Shown here: positions 7,508 to 16,143 of the stretch, in pieces
Position numbering within the stretch: the first letter of the stretch is position 1
How the letters are laid out: each line of letters begins with the position of its first letter
From: Candidatus Heimdallarchaeota archaeon
Lineage (GTDB): Archaea > Asgardarchaeota > Heimdallarchaeia > Heimdallarchaeales > Heimdallarchaeaceae
Length of the DNA: 20,020 nt
Assembly (NCBI GenBank): GCA_016839945.1
Contig: JAEOTE010000101.1
Span: 1-20,020, forward strand
Direction of reading: 5' to 3'
Made by a program: the position numbers and the translations under genes
The notes under the pieces: model-generated
Told to the model about the DNA's origin: nothing
Database searches by the model: none
Seen by the model: only the letters and a program-made list of their open reading frames with translations

Positions 7508-8401
7508 ATGTCAAAAGAACAAATTAGTGAAAATGAAGAAATAGTGGAAAGAGCAATGATAAGCTCTGCAGGAAGTTTAAGAGAAGACGAAGAGAGAATC
7601 AAAGTTTCCGGATCTGCCAGCATATCTAGTGGAATGGTTGATAAATTTGTAAAGATTTCAGGATCAGGAAAAATAAATGGGAATTTTCAATGTAATGGAA
7701 TTAGAAGTTCTGGATCCTTGAAATGTTTGGGAAGTTTGGTTTCTAATGGTATCTCAAAGAGCTCGGGCTCTTTTAGTATAGATGGTAATTTATCATCAAA
7801 GGATTATGTTAGAAGTTCAGGCTCTTTTAGTATAAATGGGAATCTATCAACACAAGGTTTTGTTAGAAGTTCAGGTTCATTTAGAGTTGGAGAGAATCTA
7901 AAAGGAGATAGTGATGCCAAATTTGGCGGTTCAGCAAAAATTGGTGGAGAGATTACAATTCTAGGATTATTAAAATCCTCAGGCTCACTTAAAGTAGAAA
8001 GAGGTGTACAAGCCGAAAATGGGTTTTTAACTTCTGGTTCTGCATACGTTGGAGGTAATCTTCTATCTCAAGAACGTGTCGACATGAAGGGTTCAGCGAA
8101 AATAAATGGTGATGTAACAGCAAATGATCTTTTTACAGGTTTTAGAAGATGGTGGAGAAATATACGAATAGGAAGAAAGTTCAAATACCCATATAAGATT
8201 CATGGAAATGTTTTTGCAAAGAATTTCGTTGAACTAAATAACACTCTTGTAGAAGGGGATGTTAAAGGAAAAAATGTGAAAATAGGTCGTCGTTCTCAAG
8301 TTACAGGTAAAATATACTTCGCGGAAACAATTAAAATTCATAGAAGAGCAAAAATATCTGTAGAACCTACTCAAATCACAGAAAATGATCTTAGTTTGTA
8401 A
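7508..8401 (+). CDS. Bactofilin-like beta-solenoid protein, paralogue 2
   Basis: About 10 GS-initiated 17-18 aa rungs and C-terminal 'NTLVEGDVKGKNVKIGRRSQVTGKIYF'. Collinear with the upstream paralogue but lacks the SHOCT-like segment. GGAGTGA Shine-Dalgarno upstream. Confidence 0.72.
   Translation: MSKEQISENEEIVERAMISSAGSLREDEERIKVSGSASISSGMVDKFVKISGSGKINGNFQCNGIRSSGSLKCLGSLVSNGISKSSGSFSIDGNLSSKDYVRSSGSFSINGNLSTQGFVRSSGSFRVGENLKGDSDAKFGGSAKIGGEITILGLLKSSGSLKVERGVQAENGFLTSGSAYVGGNLLSQERVDMKGSAKINGDVTANDLFTGFRRWWRNIRIGRKFKYPYKIHGNVFAKNFVELNNTLVEGDVKGKNVKIGRRSQVTGKIYFAETIKIHRRAKISVEPTQITENDLSL
7760..7900 (+). repeat. Imperfect 54-bp tandem repeat (about 2.6 units) encoding 18-aa solenoid rungs
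   Basis: GGCTCTTTTAGTATA at 7766 and 7820; TGTTAGAAGTTCAGG at 7807 and 7861. Both spacings are 54 bp. Confidence 0.85.
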
Positions 8402-8480
8402 TTTGGGTACTTGTATTTTATTCTTTACCCACAAAACAAAATCTTCTTTAATCTCTCTTTTCTTCTTTTTTTGATTATTC

Positions 8481-9821
8481 ATGTTAGGAAAACTTGGAAC
8501 CTCTCTTAACAAAGCAATCTCAAAAATCTTAAGGGGAGGACCCCCAGATAAAGAGGTTATTAAAGAACTCAAAAATTCTATGCTAAAAGCATTGCTTGAA
8601 GCTGACGTTCAATTTGACTTAGCTGCTAATGTAGTAAATGAAGTAGAACGCAAATCATTCGAAAAAGAATTGCCAGATGGACTTTCTCGAAAAAAAAGTG
8701 TTCTTTCGATTATAAATGAAGAGCTTTCTAAATTCTTAGGCACAAAAGCATATCCATTAATTTTAAATCCAGATCGTCCTACAATCATAGAGCTAGTTGG
8801 AATACAAGGTTCTGGGAAGACAACAACCACAGCTAAACTTGCAAAATACATTAAGAAAAGAGGAAAAAAAGTTGCGGTTATAACAACGGATAATTTTAGA
8901 CCCGGGGCCTATGAACAACTTAAACAACTTTGTGATAGTATTGAGGTTCCTGTCTATGGAGATCCTGACAATAAAAATGCTGTAAAAATTGCCACAGACG
9001 GAGTTAAGAAATTCATAGATGAGAAGTATAATGTTGTTCTTATTGATACAGCAGGTCGTCATAAAGAAGAAAAAGCACTCCTTAAAGAAATGAAAGAGAT
9101 TAGTGAAAAAACAAAACCTGATGAAATCATTCTAGTTATTGATGCAAATTTGGGCCAAACAGCTTATGAACAAGCACTAGCTTTCGCTCAATCCACAAAG
9201 ATTGGTTCTATTATCGTTACAAAAATGGATGGATCTGCTAAAGGAGGAGGTAGTCTTTCTGCTGCAGCAGCAACCAAAGTTCCAATCAAATTTTTAGCTG
9301 ATGGTGAGGATATAGATTCACTAGAGGAATTTAATCCGACTTCATTCGTTGGAAGGCTTATAGGTGTTGGTGATTTAGAGGGATTATTAAAAGAAGTAAA
9401 GGATATGGAAGCTTTACCAAGTAAAGAAGAAGCCATGAGTATGCTCAGTGGCAAAATTTCATACCGCCAAATGATGGAGCTTTTAGATAGTTTTGGGTCG
9501 ATGGGATCCATGAAACGAATGATGTCAATGATACCAGGCTTAGGAATGTCTTTTGATGAAGATATGCTAGATCTTTCCAAAGAGAATATGAAGAGATTCA
9601 AAGTTATAATGTCTTCAATGACCGATGATGAGTTAGATGGAAAAACAAAATTAAGTAGTTCTAGAATTCAACGCATAGCAAAAGGAAGCGGTCGCTCTAT
9701 TAATGAAGTTAAAGAGCTGATAAGTCAACACAAAACTGTTACTGCACTCGTAAAACGAATGAGAAAAGGCCGTAGAGGTGGAATGCAGATACCAGGAATA
9801 CCCCCAGGATTACTTGGATAA
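8481..9821 (+). CDS. srp54: Signal recognition particle 54 kDa protein
   Basis: ALLEADV N-domain, GIQGSGKTTT, DTAGR, TKMDGSAKGGG, and Met-rich M domain with IMSSMT..E and RIQRIAKGSG. Confidence 0.97.
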   Translation: MLGKLGTSLNKAISKILRGGPPDKEVIKELKNSMLKALLEADVQFDLAANVVNEVERKSFEKELPDGLSRKKSVLSIINEELSKFLGTKAYPLILNPDRPTIIELVGIQGSGKTTTTAKLAKYIKKRGKKVAVITTDNFRPGAYEQLKQLCDSIEVPVYGDPDNKNAVKIATDGVKKFIDEKYNVVLIDTAGRHKEEKALLKEMKEISEKTKPDEIILVIDANLGQTAYEQALAFAQSTKIGSIIVTKMDGSAKGGGSLSAAAATKVPIKFLADGEDIDSLEEFNPTSFVGRLIGVGDLEGLLKEVKDMEALPSKEEAMSMLSGKISYRQMMELLDSFGSMGSMKRMMSMIPGLGMSFDEDMLDLSKENMKRFKVIMSSMTDDELDGKTKLSSSRIQRIAKGSGRSINEVKELISQHKTVTALVKRMRKGRRGGMQIPGIPPGLLG

Positions 9822-9848
9822 TAACAACATAAGCCATGTGAACTGTCC

Positions 9849-10418
9849 ATGCTACGACATTATTTTGTTATTAATGCACCGCCACTTTCATTTTCAAAAT
9901 CTGAATTATATCTACAAAATTCAAAAATCAACCCAATGGGACCTTTTATCAAAGCAATATCAGATGCCTTTTTCTTATCAAACCAGTTTCGTAAAAACAA
10001 TTTTGTATATTATTGTACAGAATACAAAAAAACGCAGTATATCGTTACTTTTAATGGAGAAACTCTAAAGTATTTGGGACCAAGTTTTTTCTCTTCAGCT
10101 CATCTTTTATTAAGAGTAAAAAATCATATCAAAGATTCAAAATCAAGAAGTGGAAAATTAACTCCAGGGCTTTCTGTTTATAAGAAAGACACTAATTGGA
10201 TTTTTGAAAAACACACCAAAGATATTTGGATAAATATTATCAAGAGTGATTCTATCACAGAAGAATATCTTTTAACCGATTCAAAATCATCATATGTTTT
10301 CTTTTACAATTTTGAGGACAAAATTCCAAATCACAAAGCAATTAAATTATCTTTGGGATCCCTTGATATAGATGAACAAGTAATTCTAACTAACTATTTC
10401 ATTGAGAGTTTGATGTAA
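9849..10418 (+). CDS. trmY: TrmY-like tRNA (pseudouridine54-N1)-methyltransferase (SPOUT), divergent
   Basis: AFFLSNQFRKN, G.TLKYL.P, TPGLSV and LSLG resemble TrmY. It sits at a usual TrmY position directly upstream of pus10 (stop adjacent to ATG). Confidence 0.65.
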   Translation: MLRHYFVINAPPLSFSKSELYLQNSKINPMGPFIKAISDAFFLSNQFRKNNFVYYCTEYKKTQYIVTFNGETLKYLGPSFFSSAHLLLRVKNHIKDSKSRSGKLTPGLSVYKKDTNWIFEKHTKDIWINIIKSDSITEEYLLTDSKSSYVFFYNFEDKIPNHKAIKLSLGSLDIDEQVILTNYFIESLM

Positions 10419-11750
10419 ATGAATCTAGAGGAAATAACTTTCGAGATTCTCGAAAACCATTCTTTATGTGATTATTGTTTAGGAAGACAGTTTTCTAATT
10501 TAGCAACGGGGACTACAAACTTGAAGCGCGGTCAAACAATTAAGTCATTTTTAGCCATGAAATTTACTTCTTTAGATTCGAAAAATAATGTGGCAGCATT
10601 GCAAGTTTTATCGCAATCAGGATCAGATTTAGCAAGAAAATTTTTAGAAAAAAAAGCCATTCTTCCAAAAGAAACAAGTGAATGTTATATTTGTGAAAAC
10701 TTGCTCTTGAAAATTGAAAGCCTTACAGAAGTTATTCAGAAAGAAATTAAAGATCTTGAAGTTAGAACATTCTTGATTGGCACAATACTCCCTAAAGAGT
10801 ATTTAGAAAGGGAAAAGGAATTAAAAGAGAAATACCAAGTTCATCAATCAGAATATCTTAAACAAGAGTTTAATAGAAATATTGGGAAAAAACTAACCGA
10901 GAAAACACACCTCAATACAGATTTTCAAACCCCTGAAATTGTTATTGAAACACATCCAATTTCCTTAAATGTTCATCTTAAAATTAGTTCGTTGTTTATT
11001 TATGGAAAGTATAACAAATATGTTCGCACAATTCCTCAGACTCGATGGCCTTGTAGAAAATGCAAGGGAAAAGGATGTAAAGAATGTGATCATACTGGGA
11101 AAAGATATGATGTATCCGTTGAAGAACTAATCGAGCATGAAGCTTTAAGAGTAACTAAAGGAGAAAAAGGAGTTTTGCATGGAGCGGGAAGGGAAGATAT
11201 TGATGCTCGAATGCTTGGTTCAGGAAGACCTTTTGTTCTTGAGATTATAAATCCAAAAGCTAGAAGTATTGATCTAGCAGAACTAGAGAAATGTACAAAT
11301 CTTCATGTTAGAGAACAGATAGAAGTTCGGAATTATCGTTTTTCTACTAAAAATGAAGTTATTTATTTGAAAAGAAGTGCAGAAGAATCAATTAAGAAGT
11401 ATAGAGCCTTAATAGAATTTGATTCTCCCATTACAAATAAAGACTTAGAAAAAATAGAAAGTCAGTTTTGTGAAATTATCATAAAACAAAGAACTCCAAA
11501 ACGAGTTTCTCACAGGAGAGCTGATAAGGTTCGCAGTAAGAAAGTATATTCAGTGCAAAGCAAAATAGAAAATAAAAGAGAGGTCGAATCAATTATTGTT
11601 TGTGATGGAGGATGCTATGTAAAAGAATTAATTTCAGGTGATGAAGGTCGCACTTCGCCAAGTATAGCAGATGTAGTTGGTACCAAAGCCCATTGTAAAG
11701 AGTTAGATGTCTTGGAAATCGAAGAAAAAACTTATTCCAAAGAGAAATAA
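10419..11750 (+). CDS. pus10: tRNA pseudouridine(54/55) synthase Pus10
   Basis: LCDYCLGR, CYIC, YGKYNKYVRTIPQTRW, catalytic GAGREDIDARMLGSGRPF, QRTPKRV.HRR, GG.YVKELISGDEGRT.PS and ELDV. Confidence 0.96.
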   Translation: MNLEEITFEILENHSLCDYCLGRQFSNLATGTTNLKRGQTIKSFLAMKFTSLDSKNNVAALQVLSQSGSDLARKFLEKKAILPKETSECYICENLLLKIESLTEVIQKEIKDLEVRTFLIGTILPKEYLEREKELKEKYQVHQSEYLKQEFNRNIGKKLTEKTHLNTDFQTPEIVIETHPISLNVHLKISSLFIYGKYNKYVRTIPQTRWPCRKCKGKGCKECDHTGKRYDVSVEELIEHEALRVTKGEKGVLHGAGREDIDARMLGSGRPFVLEIINPKARSIDLAELEKCTNLHVREQIEVRNYRFSTKNEVIYLKRSAEESIKKYRALIEFDSPITNKDLEKIESQFCEIIIKQRTPKRVSHRRADKVRSKKVYSVQSKIENKREVESIIVCDGGCYVKELISGDEGRTSPSIADVVGTKAHCKELDVLEIEEKTYSKEK

Positions 11751-11864
11751 TGCATTTCATTATAGCATAATTAAAACACCTAAAACGGATAACGAAAAGA
11801 TTAAAAATCTCATCGAGGGATTTTGGACACTTATAAGATTCTAAGTAACTAAAAGGTGACATCA

Positions 11865-12176
11865 ATGCGAAAATCGAAAGGTTACCGTCATGGTACAAGA
11901 CGTCTCTTCAAAAAGCACATTAGGAAAAAAGGTTTACGTCCTCCTGATTATGTATTAACAGATTTCAATGAAGGAGACATCGTAGACATTATTATTGATT
12001 CTGGTGAACATAAAGGGATGCCTCATAGAAGATATCATGGAAAGACTGGGGAAATTATTCGAAAGCAAGGAAAAGCTTACGTTGTATATATTAAACAGGG
12101 AAAATCTATGAAAGAAATCATAGCAAATAAAGAACACTTGCGTTTAAGTCGTTCAGTAATTCAAACAACAAACTAA
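11865..12176 (+). CDS. rpl21e: 50S ribosomal protein L21e
   Basis: MRKSKGYRHGTR, GDIVDI.ID, HKGMPHRRYHGKTG and EHLR. ATG 11865 is preferred because GGTGA lies just upstream. Confidence 0.97.
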   Translation: MRKSKGYRHGTRRLFKKHIRKKGLRPPDYVLTDFNEGDIVDIIIDSGEHKGMPHRRYHGKTGEIIRKQGKAYVVYIKQGKSMKEIIANKEHLRLSRSVIQTTN

Positions 12177-12192
12177 AAAAAAGTGATGTATT

Positions 12193-12549
12193 ATGCCTAG
12201 AGAAGTTCTTGATAAAAAACCAATTACAATTTCAGAGGCAATGAGAATTCTGCAAGAAAGAAGTGAAGAATCAGAACTCTCCTATTGGCAAAGAGTAGCA
12301 TTTGAACATGCTATGCAAAATGCTCGTATTGAACCAGAAGAATCTCTGGAAATTCTTCAAAAATTAACAAAGAAATTTGATTTAACAGAACTTTCAGCTT
12401 TCACTATTGCAAATATATTACCACCTTCTCCAGAAGAGTTGAAAGATTTACTTCAAAAAGAACCAAAAATGCTTACAGAATCTGATATAACTCAAATCTA
12501 CGTAATCATTAAACCTTACATTGAAAAATACAAAAAAGAGAAAAAATAA
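12193..12549 (+). CDS. rpoF: RNA polymerase subunit F (Rpo4)
   Basis: ITISEA..IL, ELSYWQRVAFEHA and IANILP...EEL, in the conserved position after rpl21e. Confidence 0.9.
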   Translation: MPREVLDKKPITISEAMRILQERSEESELSYWQRVAFEHAMQNARIEPEESLEILQKLTKKFDLTELSAFTIANILPPSPEELKDLLQKEPKMLTESDITQIYVIIKPYIEKYKKEKK

Positions 12550-12627
12550 CTTGTAAGCTCGAATTAAATTAAATAAAAGAGAACAAAAACTTTTTTTGGG
12601 TTCAAGATTATATATGGTGAGAATATA

Positions 12628-13293
12628 ATGGTAAATAATCAATATCCCGATAAAAATAAACGAACTGAAAAAATCAATGAAAGTGATGATTTCATTATTA
12701 GTCCAGTAACACACATACGACAATCAAAAAAGACTGAATCCCGTGTGTTAGTATTAGACTATTTACCAGAAGGCAAAGGGTTCGGGCAAACAAAACAGAG
12801 AGAACCTATACTTCAGTGTATCGGGACAACTTGGTTTACTCTTTTAGAACTTTCTACAGAAAGAAGAAGTAATTTCACACAATATGTAGAATATTCTCTA
12901 ACTGGAAAGGATAAAAAATCACCAATTAAGCAAGTTAAAAGACGTATTACAATAAATGATTTAACAAATACAGGTTATCAATCGCTAGAGGAAGCTGTAT
13001 TGAAAATAATTAACAGAAACGAAAAACGTTTTGTTTCTTTCTTTAATAAAGCTCAACCAATTACAAACCGCATACATTCCCTCCAACTCATACCGGGTAT
13101 TGGAAAAAAACTGATGTGGGAGATTTTAGCTGCTAGAAAAGGTATGCCTTTTGTTTCTTTTTCCGATATAGAAGAACGTGTGAAAATTTCAGATATTCGT
13201 AAAATGATATTAAATAGAGTTAAGCAAGAGCTTGAAGAGGACGAAAAGCACAGGTTATTTACTGCAAGTTCGGAAACTAGTTCAAAACGATAG
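12628..13293 (+). CDS. DUF655 family protein (putative RNA-binding, HhH motif)
   Basis: VLDYLPEG, IGTTWFTLLE, FVSFFNKAQPIT.R.HSLQLIPGIGKK.MWEIL and F.SF.DI.ERV, in the conserved rpoF-DUF655-rsmA context. Confidence 0.92.
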   Translation: MVNNQYPDKNKRTEKINESDDFIISPVTHIRQSKKTESRVLVLDYLPEGKGFGQTKQREPILQCIGTTWFTLLELSTERRSNFTQYVEYSLTGKDKKSPIKQVKRRITINDLTNTGYQSLEEAVLKIINRNEKRFVSFFNKAQPITNRIHSLQLIPGIGKKLMWEILAARKGMPFVSFSDIEERVKISDIRKMILNRVKQELEEDEKHRLFTASSETSSKR

Positions 13294-13311
13294 TACTGAT
13301 AGGTTTGAGTA

Positions 13312-14196
13312 ATGGATTGTTGGAATTCTTCAACGGAATTAAGAAATTACATTTTTGAGGGTTTAAAACAATTGCAGATAAAACCTTCTAACCAAAGAGG
13401 TCAGAATTTTCTAATAGATGCAAACATTATTCATTTTCAAATTAAGCAAGCAGATATTCATTCCAAAGATACGATCTTAGAGATAGGGGGAGGATTAGGA
13501 AATTTAACGAAATGTTTAGCACAAAATGCTAAAAAAGTATATGTTATTGAAAACGATAGAAGAATGTTCAATTTCCTTAATGACAAATTTGGAGTTCGTT
13601 CTAATATTGAAATTATATATGGTGATGCAGTTAAGGTTGATTTTCCTTCTTTTACAAAATGCATATCTAATATTCCGTTTCAGATTTCATCTCCCATAAC
13701 CTTCAAACTCTTGGATTACTCTTTTGATCTAGGAATTATTATGTATCAGAAAGAATTTGCCCAAAGATTATTTGCGAAGCCAGGAACTAAAGACTATTCG
13801 AGAATAGCTGTTATGATACAATTAAGAGCTGTTTGTAAATATCTAAAAACAGTTAAACCGACGTCCTTTTACCCTCCACCTAAAATTCATTCTGCAATAG
13901 TATCTATTCAAAAACTGAAAAAGGAATTGATAAAGGATTTGAATAATTTTAGCAAATTCAATACATTGTTATTTACAAACAAGAAAAAAACTGTTAGAAA
14001 CATATTAGTTAATTTGATGAAAAGGAAGGTAAAACAGGACATCTTACTACCAAGTAAAACTTTGGAAACAGTACCACATCTAGAACGAAGGGTTTTTACT
14101 CTTACAATAGATGAATTGAATGAGATCTTTAAAATTCTCAAAAAAAGAATAGGCGAAGATTTGTGGTCAGATATAACTTCCCAGAATACGAAATAG
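13312..14196 (+). CDS. rsmA: 16S rRNA m6,2A dimethyltransferase RsmA/KsgA/Dim1
   Basis: GQNFLID, LEIGGGLGNLT, SNIPFQISSPI, MYQKEFAQRL.A.PG..DYSR and SFYPPPK..SA.V. Confidence 0.95.
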   Translation: MDCWNSSTELRNYIFEGLKQLQIKPSNQRGQNFLIDANIIHFQIKQADIHSKDTILEIGGGLGNLTKCLAQNAKKVYVIENDRRMFNFLNDKFGVRSNIEIIYGDAVKVDFPSFTKCISNIPFQISSPITFKLLDYSFDLGIIMYQKEFAQRLFAKPGTKDYSRIAVMIQLRAVCKYLKTVKPTSFYPPPKIHSAIVSIQKLKKELIKDLNNFSKFNTLLFTNKKKTVRNILVNLMKRKVKQDILLPSKTLETVPHLERRVFTLTIDELNEIFKILKKRIGEDLWSDITSQNTK

Positions 14197-14798
14197 AATT
14201 AGAAATATCTGAAGATATTTATTTTCCTGCAGAGGATACATTTTTCTTGATAGAATCTATTAATCTAACCAATCTTCATCATTCAATCGTTGAAATAGGG
14301 GGAGGATCTGGAATTATTTCAATAGTTTTAGCTCAGAGAAATCCAAAAGCTAGATTCATTGTTACTGATTTAGTATTTAATTCGGCAAAAACCATAGGAA
14401 CAAATTGTAGAATAAATAAAGTTGAAGGTCAAATATATCCTATTTGTATGGATAAAATGCAAGGTCTTCGTTTTTTTTCTCCTGAATATATATTCTGGAA
14501 TCCGCCTTATCTTCCAATTGATAAAGAAAGTAGTTCTTTCCCCCATACAGAAAAGATTATGCTTCTTGGCGGAAAAAAAGGTTATGAAGAGACTTATTCG
14601 CTAATTGAGCATTTAAGATGTAACAAAATAAAAGCAAAATTAATTACAGTATTCTCTTCCTTAGCTTGGGATGTCAAAATGTTAAAAATATTTCATAAGA
14701 AGGGTATTAAAGCAGAAATAGTTGATGAAAAAAAACTTTTCTTTGAAAAGTTATATTTAGTTATATTTGATTTTAGTGATAGTAATGTCGACAGATAA
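14163..14798 (+). CDS. HemK2/Mtq2 (N6AMT1-like) protein-glutamine methyltransferase
   Basis: YFPAEDTFFL, VEIGGGSGIIS, NPPYLP, GG..G and FFEKL match archaeal HemK2. GTG start overlaps the rsmA 3' end. Confidence 0.88.
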   Translation: MVRYNFPEYEIELEISEDIYFPAEDTFFLIESINLTNLHHSIVEIGGGSGIISIVLAQRNPKARFIVTDLVFNSAKTIGTNCRINKVEGQIYPICMDKMQGLRFFSPEYIFWNPPYLPIDKESSSFPHTEKIMLLGGKKGYEETYSLIEHLRCNKIKAKLITVFSSLAWDVKMLKIFHKKGIKAEIVDEKKLFFEKLYLVIFDFSDSNVDR

Positions 14799-15519
14799 AA
14801 TTAATTTAAGCGTAATTTTGATGGAACCTAAAATTGAAGGGAATGTAGGTGCTATAGCGAGAATATGTAACAATTTTGCTGTAGCTGAGTTAGTTTTAGT
14901 ATCTCCTCAAATTAACCACTTATCAGAAGATGCAAGGAAAAGAGCTAAACATTCTATTCATTATTTAGAAAATGCAATAATTTCTCATGATTTCTCGGAA
15001 ATCAGAGAAAAATTTGATTTTTTAATAGGAACATCTGCAAAAGCTGGTAAATCATATAATGTTTTACGTCAGCCTGTGGATCCTGAATTCTTTAAGAAAA
15101 TAGAAAAACTGCCAAACTCGAGAATAGGTTTTGTGTTTGGGAGAGAAGATAGAGGTTTATCAAATGAAGAGATAAGAAAATGTGATTTTATAGCTTCAAT
15201 TCCCCTGCCTGGTGATCATAAGGTTTTGAATATCTCGCATGCTGTTACTATTTTTTTGTATGAGTTTTGGAAAAGTTTTGACCTATATAAGAAACAAACC
15301 TCTCAAGAACAACCTTCCTCAAGTAAAGACAGAGAGATTCTTTTCGAATTATTCAACGAAATTACAGAAAGTTTATCATATGAAGATTATCGAAAACCAA
15401 TTGTTCAACACACATTTAAAACTGTTATAAATAGGAGCCTTCCATCGAAGGAAGAAATACATTCCTTAATAGGCGTATTCAAATCTTATCTCCAAAACAA
15501 AGTTAAGAAAAACGGTTGA
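14785..15519 (+). CDS. trmJ: TrmJ-family tRNA 2'-O-methyltransferase (SPOUT, TrmH group 1)
   Basis: LMEPKIEGNVGAIAR..NF, A..RAKH, IGTSA, VFGREDRGLSNEE and LNISHAV. Start taken at ATG 14785 (alternative TTG 14767). Confidence 0.88.
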   Translation: MSTDKINLSVILMEPKIEGNVGAIARICNNFAVAELVLVSPQINHLSEDARKRAKHSIHYLENAIISHDFSEIREKFDFLIGTSAKAGKSYNVLRQPVDPEFFKKIEKLPNSRIGFVFGREDRGLSNEEIRKCDFIASIPLPGDHKVLNISHAVTIFLYEFWKSFDLYKKQTSQEQPSSSKDREILFELFNEITESLSYEDYRKPIVQHTFKTVINRSLPSKEEIHSLIGVFKSYLQNKVKKNG

Positions 15520-15526
15520 TAAAACG

Positions 15527-16126
15527 ATGAAACAGAAAGATCTTGAGATTATCCTAACTAACCTTTTGAACTTTAGTGAACCGAAGATATTTCTGGAACA
15601 ATATCAAATCCCTCCACGTTTAGCTGCAATGATAACTTGGAGAGCTTATCAATTAGGTGATATTGAGAATAAAAAAGTAGCAGATTTCTGTTGTGGGACA
15701 GGACTTTTTGCAATAGCAGCCAAAATCTTAGGAGCAAAGGAAGTATATGGTATTGAAATAGATGAAGATGCATTAGAATTGGCAAAGCAGAACTCGAAAA
15801 GCGTAGATGCTAAAATTAATTTCATTCAAGGAGATGTTAGAGAGATTCAAATGGAATTTGACACCATTTTAATGAATAGTCCTTTTGGTATCAGAGGAGA
15901 GATAAAGGATAAAGAATTCCTAATCGCGGCTTTACAGAGATCTAATGTTTGTTATTCATTACATTTGCATCAAGAGAATAATATCCGGTTTTTAACCCAA
16001 CTAGTAAAGAAGAATGGAAAGGATGTAAAGGAAATAATAAAAGCGGAATTTGAGATACCAAAGATGTATCGTTTTCATAGAAAAAGGTATCATGTTATTC
16101 AAGTTGCTATTTTACGTTCTTTATAG
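15527..16126 (+). CDS. METTL5-family N6-adenine RNA methyltransferase
   Basis: PKIFLEQY, VADFCCGTG, MNSPFG (NPPFG variant), YSLH and IPKMYRFHRK. Confidence 0.88.
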   Translation: MKQKDLEIILTNLLNFSEPKIFLEQYQIPPRLAAMITWRAYQLGDIENKKVADFCCGTGLFAIAAKILGAKEVYGIEIDEDALELAKQNSKSVDAKINFIQGDVREIQMEFDTILMNSPFGIRGEIKDKEFLIAALQRSNVCYSLHLHQENNIRFLTQLVKKNGKDVKEIIKAEFEIPKMYRFHRKRYHVIQVAILRSL

Positions 16127-16143
16127 CAGAAAATCTAAAGTTA

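Noticed and set aside
7760-7900. 54-bp periodicity as a CRISPR array
   Set aside because: In-frame coding repeat with synonymous drift; no repeat-spacer structure and no cas genes.
6591-8401. Solenoids as hexapeptide-repeat acyltransferases or secreted adhesins
   Set aside because: The rungs carry one GS-initiated unit per 17-18 aa with a bactofilin-like C-terminus, and there is no signal peptide or evident catalytic domain. Not formally excluded without structure prediction.
6290-8480. Bactofilin pair as an element integrated at tRNA-Leu
   Set aside because: No duplicate of the tRNA 3' end after 8401, no integrase, and base composition and SD motifs look host-like.
11751-11864. Possible ncRNA or leader between pus10 and rpl21e
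   Set aside because: Only a weak hairpin, no GC enrichment, and no C/D or H/ACA box pattern that I can support.
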